Below are positions 1 through 14,825 of a stretch of 64,000 nt of DNA, piece after piece. The stretch's first letter is position 1, and every line of letters begins with the position of its first letter. Source of the stretch: Utricularia gibba (lineage: Eukaryota; Plantae; Magnoliophyta); NCBI GenBank assembly GCA_002189035.1, contig NEEC01000007.1, forward strand, positions 372,001 to 436,000, written 5' to 3'. A program made the translations under genes and the position numbers. The notes under the pieces were generated by a model, which saw nothing but the letters and a program-made list of their open reading frames with translations, was not told the DNA's origin and did not search any database.

Positions 1-163
1 TCAGCATTCCATCTGGTGAAGCTAAGTTTCGTCCTGCAAAACCACAATCGTCATAGGATTCCACGCATACGAGTAGTTTTAAGGAGTTCGCAAAATTTTC
101 GAGTGATGGAACTCGCAGTTTATCAGCTTTGCGCATCAGTTGATCGGGATCGGAAGCCGCCAT
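1..163 (-). CDS. GSNAP: Gamma-soluble NSF attachment protein (gamma-SNAP), first two exons; gene continues beyond window start
   Basis: Not in the ORF track. Minus-strand ATG at 163; exon 1 (163-117) plus exon 2 (33-1) read MAASDPDQLMRKADKLTKLSFTRWNA, matching the recalled plant gamma-SNAP N-terminus (SDPDKMMAKADKMTKLTLTRWSADW). The 83-nt intron 116-34 has a GC donor and AG acceptor. Confidence 0.8.
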   Translation of the reverse strand, partial: MAASDPDQLMRKADKLRVPSLENFANSLKLLVCVESYDDCGFAGRNLASPDGML

Positions 164-350
164 GGATGATCGGAGCAAGAAACACTGCCGTCGCCACAAG
201 GTCAAACCTCAATTTCCGGCTGAAGCAGTCGTGGATGATACGAGAGCAGCTCGGAAAATCCAACCGAAAGCGCTCGATTTTGGCGTGAAATTAATTGAAC
301 CGCAAACGCGCTTTCCTCCCAGATTTTGCCATTTATTTAATTATACGTTG

Positions 351-366
351 TATATATATATATATA
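351..366. repeat. (TA)8 microsatellite
   Basis: tatatatatatatata between the divergent gamma-SNAP and WRKY genes. Confidence 0.8.
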
Positions 367-779
367 ACAAAAATTCAGCTATTACAGTTGATGTTGTTTC
401 TTTACTATAATAAAAGGGTGGAACGTCATCACCCAGGAGGGGCTGTTGTCGTCATTTCCTAATTAATTATGTGATTAACGAATTAAATATTATTATAATT
501 TGCAACAGAATATATTCAATAATATCATACTTCGTAAGAATCTTCTTTTAGATATTCAAAAATTTGACCATTTATTTTAAAATAGTTAAATAAATTATAA
601 TATATTACTTCCATTTTATCTAAACTTTCCCTGCTTGCGTATGGGCTTGGAGTTTTAGCTGCCATTTCCCCTTTATATATCAAAAGTCAGCTACTTGTTC
701 TTCCTCTTCTTCTTCTTCATGTATTGTTTGTATTTTTGTGTGTGCACAGAAACTCCTCCATACGCTCTGGTCCTAGAGC

Positions 780-2240
780 ATGTGTAGTCAGTGGATGGAG
801 AATAATTATCAGGGCGATTTAACCGATATTATCAGAGCCAGCAACTGCGGTGGCCGCGGCGGTGGCGGTGGGGCGGGAGAAGCGGAGCCATGGGAGTTTC
901 CAACGAACTATTTAGCTAACCCGGATGAAGATTTCGGCGACCCATTTACCCATTTCGGAGATCCGCTTCTTCGTGATACTGACGCGCAGGTTTCAGGGTT
1001 TCTGCACCCTTCCACTTTCTTCAAAGCCGGGTTTGAAGAAGCGGGAGGTGGGTTTCCGGTGGGGAAGGCGACACCGGAACCGCCGTGCGCAGATTCTCCC
1101 GCGGCACAGAAGCGCCTGCTGGTTCAAACTGATGGATTTTTGACGAAAATGGACGGCTCAGATATGCCGATCTCGTCTCCGCGAATTACGGGGACCAAGA
1201 GAAGGTGGAGATTTTCTGTTTTCTTACATAAGGTTATGATTTTTTGAATACAGGGTTTTTAGTTTTTCTTCCTGGGATTCAAAATACGGTTTCTCGGCTT
1301 TGTGAACATGTTAACGACAAACTCCGATCAGCTTATGATAATAAAAAACGTGGCTTTCTTTCGTTTCACTGTTTTTTCTCACATCCCGAGCACTTCCATT
1401 CTCACAAATTCTCCGTGTTTTCCGGCTTTTGTAGTGGAAAACACGAAAAGGGTTTTGTCTCAGTTTGCACAATTTGGTGTAAGTGGTGTGCTGTGTGGGG
1501 TTGTTTTCTACTAAAAGGTAATTTGATCTGAGCAGAAAGAATCAGGCAAAGAAGGTGGTCTGTATTCCAGCGCCGTTGCCGGCGAACGCCAGGTCCAGCG
1601 GCGAAGTTGTGCCATCTGATCTTTGGGCATGGAGGAAGTACGGACAGAAGCCCATCAAGGGGTCTCCTTTTCCAAGGTAATGGTCAAAAAGTGCTTACAC
1701 AAGACATAGTGCCAGTCTCAGGCTATCCTCTTTGGCCGTGTTCTGTCATCTAGGGCTTACTACAAGTGCAGCAGTTCAAAGGGATGCTCGGCAAGGAAAC
1801 AAGTTGAACGGAGCCGAACCGATCCCAACATGCTCGTGATCACTTACACTTCGGAGCACAATCATCAATGGCCGACCCAAAGAAACGCCCTGGCCGGCTC
1901 AACCAGATATCCTGCTTCGAGGAAGACCCAAAACCCCATGGAGACGCATGAAACCCCGCCATCCGCCGCGTCGGCAAGCTCCTCCTCATCCACCGTGAAG
2001 AAAGAATCGGGGCACCAAGATTCCACCATCTACAACAACCCCACACTCCCCGGCTCCAATCACTACGACAACGATCACCTCTTCGCGGAGTCTCTAGAAA
2101 CGTTACTTGCTCGTGGGTTCCCCGCCGACGGTGAGGGTGGCGGCGCCTTACCCAACAACCCTTTCACCTTCTTCAGCTGGAATTGCGATCACGGCGGAGA
2201 TGATGATCTCCTCCCCCATCCAGACGCGAAGACGGGTTAG
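780..2240 (+). CDS. WRKY: WRKY transcription factor, group IIe (WRKY14/35-like), 3 exons
   Basis: Exons 780-1204, 1536-1676 and 1754-2240 with GT-AG introns splice in frame: [16 protein letters not shown]...[58 protein letters not shown] (WRKYGQK plus C2H2 finger). Confidence 0.93.
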
Positions 2241-3817
2241 GACGAGCGTGGCATTTTCCACCCCAACAATAAAATAAACAATTTACATGTAGATTATGTA
2301 TCATGCAGTGGAAACCCTAATTGTGTATTTCTGGATTTTGGGGTCACATGATGAGCACCAAGGCTGACTCCCAGGCCATCGGCAAGGGTGTCAGTTTCTT
2401 TATTGAATCCTTGGACTAGGAAGGACAGCTGAAGGATTTATTATTGTAATTTAGAAAGCGCAGCAGCTGCAACACACATTGGTGGATGGGACACAAAGCT
2501 GAGAACAACAGTTGACGAGAAGGGAGGGGAGGGGGCCGTTTACAAGATGGCTCACTGAAATATTATTATTTCTTTTTTAACACACAATATACCACGGTTT
2601 GTCCGAACGTCCCTTTGTTTTTCGTACGGTCTCCAAAAAAAAATCGCTCCAATCGTTTTTCAACAGTTGTAGGCTCCAAATTTCTCGAAATAAAGAAGGC
2701 GATAATGAAGAATGTGTTCGAAAAGTGCATATGAAAAAGTAGAATTCAGAATTCTTTAACTAGTTAAAAATAAAAAATATATATTTTTAAATTTTTAAAA
2801 TATAAATATTTGATAATTAAACTATTTTTTAAAAAACAAAACCTAAAGTTCTCTCCCTCTATTAGTGTGACACCTCATCCTACTATTAGTATAAATACAG
2901 ATTTGTCTCTTATACTAAATATTCATATTCATTCTCGACTTACATTATATTGTTTTTTTTTGCATATCCAATATTTATGATTTTACGTTTTTCTTTTGTA
3001 AAAAAATGTCTGATACGAGATTAGAAATATTTATCTATTTAACTCATTGTAATATGGCTCATGATATTTCGACCGTGGTGTTTTGTTTTAAATTTGGAAA
3101 GAGGTTGAAAGTAGCGGGATAAGCTCCATGGAATGAGAGGGGTTGGGTGTGCTGCATAGCATACAATAATTTATTGTTTCTGTCTTACTGAGGACAGCGG
3201 ATCCATGTCAAGTCAAGCTGGGCATCAAGAGCAATTGGACTGGGAACAGTGATGCTGGAAGTTGTGTCAAATCCATCACTCCACTTGGTCAATTTTGTAA
3301 AGTTTGGCATGTTCCCATTATTTCACTGCTGTCTTCAGTTCACGTTTTGGTTTTCCTAGCAGAAACGCGATTGGGCCTAATGGGTAACTGTAATGATAAT
3401 GGGTTTCCTGGTCGGAGATTCCGATTGCAGCAGTGGGCTGCGCAGTCAGAGAATCTGGTGAAGGCATCGATGGGCTAGGCCCATCAACGCTTCTGCGTAA
3501 GATCTGGGTTGGGTGCTGGGTTTGGAGGTAAATGGAGGCGTACCAGACAAATGAATCCATACAGAAAATTATCAGCGGAGTTCCAATCCAGCTTCAGGGG
3601 CAAATATCCCTGAATCCTGATGGGTTCTCTCCATTTTTCCTTTTTTGTGGCTTTGGTTGTATTGCACGCCTTATGCTTGTGCTTTGTTTGTATTGCAGAT
3701 CAGTTCTTTTTTAATAATTAATGGATGACAGGAAGTTCACCGCGACCTGAAAGTTGTCTTCACTCAGTAGTGAAGAGACCACTTTGTCGGCAGCAACAGT
3801 TGGGAGATTGGAGAAGG

Positions 3818-5410
3818 ATGAGGTATCTGGGCTTGATCATCTTTTTCTCCATCACGGTTGTGAACCGAGGCCACGGTGTTTACGATTCCTTTGTTGGGTG
3901 TTTCTCCGAGAACGGTGTCCCTGGAAACCAGATCCCGGCGATAGTTTTGGCTCCCGACAACCCTCGTTTCGCGAGTGTTCTCGTGTCCGGTATAAGGAAC
4001 CGCCGTTTCAATCTTTCAAGCACCCCGAAACCTAGCATCATCATCGCCGCTACGGAAGAGAACCAAGTTTCTGCAGCCGTAATCTGCGCCAAGAAACTCG
4101 GGATCCAGCTAAACATTAGAAGCGGCGGCCATGATTTCGAGGGTCTCTCGTATGTCTCCGATACCACCTTCGTCGTTCTCGATATGTTCAATTTCCGGTC
4201 GATTGATGTTGATATGAGCGACGAGACCGCTTGGGTCGGTGCCGCAGCGTATTTGGGAGAATTGTATTACAGGATTTGGGAGAAAAGTAAGGTGCATGGT
4301 TTCCCCGGCGGCGTTTGCCCCACCGTTGGTGTCGGAGGCCACTTTAGCGGCGGTGGTTATGGAAACATGATTCGAAAGTACGGCCTCACCGTCGACCATG
4401 TAATCGACGCTAGAATAGTGGACGCCAAAGGCGTTGTTTTGGACCGTAAGGGAATGGGGGAAGATCTTTTTTGGGCCATTCGCGGTGGGGGCGGCGGAAG
4501 CTTCTGTGTAATTTTAGCTTACCGTATAAAACTTGTTCCAGTACCGGCGACGGTGACCGTCTTCCGTACAGCTAGATTCTATGATAAGGATGCGGCGGAG
4601 GCTGTTTACCAGTACCAGCAAACGATCCCCACAATCGACGAGAATCTCTTCATCAGAGTTCTCCTTCAGCCGGTAACCGTAAATGGGACAAGACTTCTCC
4701 GAGCAACTTTCATTGGCGAGTTCCTCGGCGGCGCTGATCAACTTCTCTCCATCACAAGCTCGGATTTTCCGATTCTGGGTCTTCAGAAATCGGATTACCA
4801 GGAAATGCCATGGATCAATTCAGTTCTTTTCTGGGCAAATTACGACAACAAGACGTCCCCTGAAATTCTCCTATCCAGAACAAGCCCAGATCCAATCAGG
4901 TTCATGAAACGCAAATCCGACTACGTGACAACCCCCGTCTCCATATCCGATCTCCAATCGATTTTCTCGAAAATGGTGCAGCTCGGAAAAGTGGGTTTAG
5001 TGTTCAACTCCTACGGCGGCGCAATGGACCAGATCCCGGATTCGGAAACCCCTTTTCCCCATCGAAAAGGCATCCTTTTCAAGATCCAGTACTCGGTGAA
5101 CTGGGACGAAGAAGGCGAAGAGGCCGAAACACAATACGTGAACCAGGCACGAGAGCTCTACACTTTCATGACGCCGTTCGTCTCGAGCAATCCGAGGAGG
5201 GCGTATCTCAACTACCGGGATTTAGACATCGGAGTTTCAGACAACGGCAAGGACAGCTACAATCAGGGAACTGTATATGGACTCAAGTACTTCAACAACA
5301 ACTTCGAGAGACTGGTGCAAATCAAGACCAGAGCTGACCCAGAAAATGTCTTCAGGAACCAACAGAGCATCCCCACCCTCCCTGCTCCCGGGAGAAGATT
5401 CCTCTCTTAA
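3818..5410 (+). CDS. Berberine bridge enzyme-like FAD oxidoreductase 1 (secreted, bicovalent FAD, oxidase-type motif)
   Basis: Intronless. Signal peptide from the ATG at 3818 (MRYLGLIIFF), RSGGHDFEG flavinylation His motif, GVCPTVGVGGH with the Cys (codon 4316-4318), C-terminal AYLNYRDLD and FRNQQSIP. Confidence 0.95.
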   Translation: MRYLGLIIFFSITVVNRGHGVYDSFVGCFSENGVPGNQIPAIVLAPDNPRFASVLVSGIRNRRFNLSSTPKPSIIIAATEENQVSAAVICAKKLGIQLNIRSGGHDFEGLSYVSDTTFVVLDMFNFRSIDVDMSDETAWVGAAAYLGELYYRIWEKSKVHGFPGGVCPTVGVGGHFSGGGYGNMIRKYGLTVDHVIDARIVDAKGVVLDRKGMGEDLFWAIRGGGGGSFCVILAYRIKLVPVPATVTVFRTARFYDKDAAEAVYQYQQTIPTIDENLFIRVLLQPVTVNGTRLLRATFIGEFLGGADQLLSITSSDFPILGLQKSDYQEMPWINSVLFWANYDNKTSPEILLSRTSPDPIRFMKRKSDYVTTPVSISDLQSIFSKMVQLGKVGLVFNSYGGAMDQIPDSETPFPHRKGILFKIQYSVNWDEEGEEAETQYVNQARELYTFMTPFVSSNPRRAYLNYRDLDIGVSDNGKDSYNQGTVYGLKYFNNNFERLVQIKTRADPENVFRNQQSIPTLPAPGRRFLS

Positions 5411-6269
5411 ACGGCTCGCGATCTTGTACTCAACTGCAATTTGTTCACAACTTCAAATCCAACATCATTAATGAGTAATCACGCCCCCAATTACACTAGA
5501 TTAAGAAACTCAATCTCCTTATTATGTGTTAGATTTATTAAAAAATAATTTTAAAGTAAATTACTAATTTAATATAATTTTTTTATCCTATATTTATATT
5601 AAATAAAGTACTCTTTAAAATCAACTCAAAAACTATACCATACTTGGACTGCACTTGGTCCGTGCCACGTGGGGTCAATCTTATGTGAACATTTCTTTTT
5701 GAAATTCCGGAAAATGTGAACATTTTTCCTTTTTGGAATTTTCTTTTCTTGTATAATTCTCCTGTTAGAACATTTCTGAAACCTCTTTAAAAGTAAAAAA
5801 AAATAAGAATAGACGAATACGAGACATGGTCCAAAACATTCATTTGTCATTTTTAAAGATAAAATAACTAGACATACATAAATTATAAAATTTATACAAT
5901 TTTTTAATTTTCATTTTATTAGAATTTTTAATTTTAATTGAATCTAATTGTGGTGTAATACTTGAAACGTGGTGTTATATTCGTGGTTAGTAGGCGAGAG
6001 TGACGGACGACTCGTAGGTAATTATACCAGTCGTTGTTTGTAACATTCTCAGTGCAATTTTCGTGACAGAAAGTTCTGATTTTTCAAACAAAAAGGTGGA
6101 AATGTTGGTCTCAGATGAACGCCGGTCATCGTTCACCAACTCCATTCTATTTGCATCAGTTTACACTACTTTGGTGCACGCGCTACGTGATTGCATAGAA
6201 AGTACTCCGAGGATCTCTATATAATAAGCAGCCCCGGGGATCGGGGATACTTCATCGAAGCTTGCAAAC

Positions 6270-7868
6270 ATGGCTTCTGCTTCTTCTTCTTCAGGGTTTC
6301 TCTGGTTGTCTCTTGCTCTGCTTGTGTTTGCTCCGCTGTGTTCGTGCCAGTCGATTCAGGATAGGTTCTACAACTGCGTGAGGGCGAGATCCGTGCCGCC
6401 GGTGACATTTTCTACGGTGTTCTCTGCGCCGGGAAACGCCTCGTTCATCCCACTGCTTGAGTCCACCGCCCAGAATCTCCGGTGTCTGCTGCCGTCGGTC
6501 CCGAAACCGCAGATGATTTTCAGGCCCAGAGCTGATTCTCATGTCCAGGCGGCGGTGGTTTGCGCCAGGGAGGCTGGTGTTAGCTTGAGAGTACGCAGCG
6601 GGGGTCATGATTACGAGGGGCTTTCTTACATTTCGGTAGCGCCGGAGGACGTGTTCGTGTTGCTGGATATGTCAAATATGCGCAATGTGTCTGTGGATAT
6701 GCGGAGTAGAACTGCGTGGGCTGAGTCTGGAGCCACCATCGGAGAAGTTTATTACTGGATTTCGAGAAGAAGTCCGGTGTATGGTTTCCCTGCGGGGCTT
6801 TATACTAGTCTCGGAGTTGGCGGGCACATCACCGGCGGAGCGTACGGTGGTATGTTGAGGAAGTACGGACTCAGCGTTGATAACGTCGTCGATGCGAGGA
6901 TCGTTGATGCCAATGGCAGGATTCTCGACAGGGCGGCCATGGGAGAAGAGGTTTTCTGGGCCATCAGAGGTGGCGCCGGCGGCAGCTTTGGAGTCATATT
7001 ATCCTGGAAACTGAAACTCGTTCCGGTTCCGAGAACCGTCACCGTTTTCACCGTCCAGAGAACTTTGGAACAGGGGGCGGCCAGGATTCTTTACAGATGG
7101 CAACAAATCGCCCATAAAATCGACGAAAATCTCTTCATGAGAGTGATAGCCCAGCCGGTGAACTCCACAACCCCCGGCGAGAGAACCGTCGTGACACTCT
7201 ACGCCGCAATGTACCTCGGCAGGGCAAATCAACTTCTGCATGTCATCAACAGAAGCTTCCCAGAACTGGGATTAACCAGAAGCGACACCGTGGAAATGAG
7301 CTGGATCGACTCCGTTGTTTACCACGCCGGATTCCCGTCCAACACCCCCCCGGAAACTCTCCTCTTCGGAAACTCCACATTCAGAAACCACTTCAAAGCA
7401 AAATCCGACTTCGTTACAAACCCAATTCCAGAAACCGCAATCCAACAACTCCTCAACATGCTGCTCCGAGACGACCAACCCGTGATGATATTCAACGCCT
7501 TCGGGGGCATAATGTCACGCATTTCCGAGACCGCGACGCCGTTCCCCCATCGGAAAGGCGTCATCTGCATGATCCAATACGTCTCCAACTGGCAAAGCGT
7601 GAGCCCTGTTGAAGCCGCCCGCCACCAGAACTGGATCAGGGAAATCTACCAATTCATGGCTCCATACGTCTCGTCTTCTCCCAGAACAGCGTATGTCAAC
7701 TACAAGGATCTCGATCTCGGAACCAACAGCAACTGGAACAGCTCCGTCTCTTTCGGATTAAGTTACTTCAAGGGCAACTTCATGAGACTTGTCCGGATCA
7801 AGACCAAGTTCGATCCCCAGAACTTCTTCAGATACGAACAGAGCATTCCGACACTTCCCCAACTATAG
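6270..7868 (+). CDS. BBE-like FAD oxidoreductase 2 (AtBBE-like 13/15 monolignol-oxidoreductase clade)
   Basis: 532-aa intronless ORF with signal peptide, RSGGHDYEG, GLYTSLGVGGHITGGAYG, FKAKSDF and FFRYEQSIP; closely resembles the recalled AtBBE-like 15 sequence throughout. Confidence 0.95.
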   Translation: MASASSSSGFLWLSLALLVFAPLCSCQSIQDRFYNCVRARSVPPVTFSTVFSAPGNASFIPLLESTAQNLRCLLPSVPKPQMIFRPRADSHVQAAVVCAREAGVSLRVRSGGHDYEGLSYISVAPEDVFVLLDMSNMRNVSVDMRSRTAWAESGATIGEVYYWISRRSPVYGFPAGLYTSLGVGGHITGGAYGGMLRKYGLSVDNVVDARIVDANGRILDRAAMGEEVFWAIRGGAGGSFGVILSWKLKLVPVPRTVTVFTVQRTLEQGAARILYRWQQIAHKIDENLFMRVIAQPVNSTTPGERTVVTLYAAMYLGRANQLLHVINRSFPELGLTRSDTVEMSWIDSVVYHAGFPSNTPPETLLFGNSTFRNHFKAKSDFVTNPIPETAIQQLLNMLLRDDQPVMIFNAFGGIMSRISETATPFPHRKGVICMIQYVSNWQSVSPVEAARHQNWIREIYQFMAPYVSSSPRTAYVNYKDLDLGTNSNWNSSVSFGLSYFKGNFMRLVRIKTKFDPQNFFRYEQSIPTLPQL

Positions 7869-8140
7869 AATGCGCTGGCGTCTCAAACATGCTAATGATG
7901 TGTCGTCGTGTCTCCTATTCATATCTTTATTTCTATTGCTGTTCATTTGAATAAAGTTGATTATATATTTGTACCTCTATCATTTCGGACTATATGCAAA
8001 ACAATTATACTTTATAGTTTTTAAATCCGGAATTTGATCGACCCGATTATATTATATACTTATTTACACATCCAAATACATATTTATTAAATATTAATAA
8101 ATATATTTTTTAACACACATGCTATTTTTTTATTTTTACT

Positions 8141-8156
8141 TATATATATATATATA
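8141..8156. repeat. (TA)8 microsatellite in AT-rich spacer between BBE2 and BBE3
   Basis: Directly visible tatatatatatatata. Confidence 0.75.
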
Positions 8157-8454
8157 TTAAATATATGTTTATAAAGAATTAATTATAAAAATTTAACACA
8201 TTTACTTAAAATATTCTAAGAAATCAAACTTTAAAGAATATTGATAGTAATTGTATAAAAGATACGGGAAATCCATAATTTATTTTTTTTAGATTTAAAT
8301 GTGTTATTTCAGGAAATTATATTCTATCTTTTTTCTTCAAGTATTAAATTGCAATAATAATTAAAAAATGGGGTTAACTGATCCTTCACCTAAGCGTGGG
8401 ATTATAAAGATGGGGGGAAATCCACATATTGTGACCAAAGGGAGGTGTGGAGTT

Positions 8455-10094
<1,640 letters not shown>

Positions 10095-10976
10095 GTAAAT
10101 GCTGCGCTCTTGTTGTTGCAATATTGAATAATTCAGGGGTGGTTTTCGAATATTCATAAATTACATTTTGACATTTGGAATGTTAAAAGCATTATTTTAA
10201 ATACATAAAATCAACGTTATTTAGGTAGTGGACCAGAAACGCACGGTCAGGATCGCGCCACCTGGGTGCCATCCCATCCCGGTAATTTCATTCACTGTCG
10301 TGGTACTTTCGCCCATTGAATCTCCCAAAAGAATCAGCGAATTCAACGGCGGGCTGCTTGGGAAATTCGGACATCTGCGTTATTATTCAGAGCTTTCTTT
10401 CACGCTAGGAATCTAAGCCGCATTGTTGTAAGTGGTGATTCGGTATAAGAGTTTTGTTGCTGCTTGATCCGCATCGGATCTTTGTTTTATTATCTGAAGC
10501 TGTTGGTTTCATCAATGGGTGTATATGAATTTGGCCCATAATCATTTTTTGTTTCATTTTCGGGTTTAGATTCTTAAAACTTCCCAGTCCTTTCAGTTTG
10601 CATCGCGTTTCTTTTCAAATACAATTTGACGTAGGAAAAGTTCCTGTTGGATTTTGTTTGATTTGAATTTTCAAGTTGAAGCGCGGCCAATTTACCCTTG
10701 AAGATACTGCATTTTCTTCCAGCCTCTTGTGGGTTGACCTACCTTAGCCTCATAAATTTCACATGTCTGATTCCGTTGGTAGTGCGGTTTTTCTTTAGAT
10801 TGGCAATGATAACTGGTTGGATATTAGTTTTTCTTAGAAAAAGCTGTGCTTTTTTTTTTTTTTTTGCCGTGCAGGCAATTGTTGCTGCTTATGGTTAAAG
10901 AATGATATCCTTACAACCACAGTTATTGTGATGCATTTTTGTCTTCATTCTTTACAGGTACATTTGTCGTATCAAA

Positions 10977-12359
10977 ATGGTTGCTGAGGGCTTTACTGTG
11001 GATTTGAATAAACCCCTTGTTTTTCAGGTATGGCATCCATCTCTCTCTTTTCTTCACCGTTTTAGCATATATTGATGATGCCTGCGACCACATGCTCGTT
11101 GCAAATGCAACTAATTTTCGTTGTTTAGCTAAGTTTTTACTTTCCAATATTAGAGGCAGCTGATCATGATGAGTATAACTTTGACCTAATTTAAATTAAA
11201 AATCTGAATCCAGGAAACCACTATGAGTATACAGGTTTTTTTTTTCACGTGCTATGGTTTTTCTGAGCTTGATTAATAGGTTGGCCATCTCGGAGAGGCA
11301 TATCAAGAATGGGTTCACCAGCCTATTGCAACCAGAGATAGCCCGCGATTCTTTGCAAGTGATTTTTGGGAGGTGTTAAAACTGTCTATGTAGCTTTCTC
11401 TCGCCCCCTTTTGGAGTTGATGATTCCATCCACTAATCTTTGTTTCCCTTGCTTAACAGTTTCTCACCCGCACACGCTGGTGGGTCATTCCTCTAGTTTG
11501 GCTCCCGGTAGTTGGGTGGTTCCTGTGTAGATCTGTTATCTTAGGCTGTACAGTTCTTGAGCTTCTCCTAATGATACTATTTGGAATTTTCGCGTGGACC
11601 TTGCTCGAGTATATCCTGCACCGCTTCCTTTTCCACATCAAGACCAAGACATATTGGTCAGATTTCATGATCCTGATCCTGCCCACTATGACTTTTATCT
11701 AAATACATTACTGATTCACAGGGGTAACACAATTCATTATCTTCTGCATGGTTGCCATCATAAACATCCTATGGATAGTCTCCGCCTTGTCTTCCCTCCT
11801 GCTGCAACGGCTGTTCTCCTATTTCCGGTAAAAACTTGATCACTGCTGATGGACAAACTTCTCCTTACGGTTCCTTGTCTGCAGTCCTCCATTTGTATCA
11901 ATTATAAGAATGTTTTGCATCTCTTATATCCAGCTTTTTAGCATTTCTGCTGAGAGTAAGTGACTCTTACATCTGCACTTCTTCTGATCTTGCCATGACA
12001 ATGTAGTTCTGGAATCTGATAAAGTCGTTGGCTACTCCTGCAACAACACCTGGGCTTTTTGGTGGCGGCTTGCTCGGATACGTGCTCTACGATATAACAC
12101 ATTACTATGTACACCATGGGCAGCCAACGAGCACCACGATCAAGAATCTCAAGGTACACGAAACGAATACACAACTGGTTCAAGGTTTGTCTCAGCAAGA
12201 TGAGACTTTTTTCTGAAACTTTTGCCATGTTTGATGCAGAGATACCATCTGAATCATCATTTCCGCATCCAAGACAGAGGCTTCGGGATCACATCCGCCA
12301 TCTGGGATAAGGTGTTTGGAACCCTGCCGCCTTCGAAGGCGACTAAGAAGAGCCTCTGA
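10977..12359 (+). CDS. FAH: Sphingolipid fatty acid 2-hydroxylase (FAH1/FAH2-like), 6 coding exons
   Basis: Spliced MVAEGFTVDLNKPLVFQ|VGHLGEAYQEWVHQPI...LEYILHRFLFH...HYLLHGCHHKHPMD...YDITHYYVHHG...RYHLNHHFRIQ...KKSL* contains the histidine boxes; all GT-AG junctions are in frame. Confidence 0.93.
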
Positions 12360-12696
12360 TCATGCCCTCTGTGAGCCCTGTTTGTTAGAACGTCTGTTCA
12401 TTGTGGAGTTCGATTCTTTGGGTTATCGATGGCTAAATAACGGCACATTCTGAAACACTTCTGTGATTTAATAATGATTTTTTATGAATTTTCTAGATAA
12501 ATAAAAACAGTAAAACGAAGTGACACATGTGGGCCCGATGATATCTGATTTATGTTTTGTTGATGGCATTTTCGATATTTTGGATAAATCCGAGGCTGAA
12601 AAGCGATGGGGAAATGCTGAACGGCCTTCATTTCCTCACGGCCATCCGTTTCGTTAACCAGTTCAATCCATTTTCCGAACGGCAAGCTTCTCGTAG

Positions 12697-14481
<1,785 letters not shown>

Positions 14482-14825
14482 AGTAGCCCATCCAATCCAT
14501 CTCTCTGGTTTTCAGTCATTATTTTTTCTGATCTCACCATTGGAGTGTGCCGTGTAACTGAATATTTGTATGCTGTCGTGTGTGGCTTTGCGCCTTTGGT
14601 TTTCCAGTTGAAGTCGTGTGCTTTGAAAAAATTTCTCGCGAAAGGGAATTTTTTATTTTATTTAAAGAAATTCTCTAAATTTGGTACGTTTCTGTTCCTG
14701 TCATCAATCTAAAGCCAAGATTACCGCGGATTGGGAAAAGATCCGGCACCGTAAAATCTGGCTATTCTTTTAAACTTTCCCGATCAGCTATTTTTTGACA
14801 TTCCAAGGCGGAGGAGATCGGAGTT

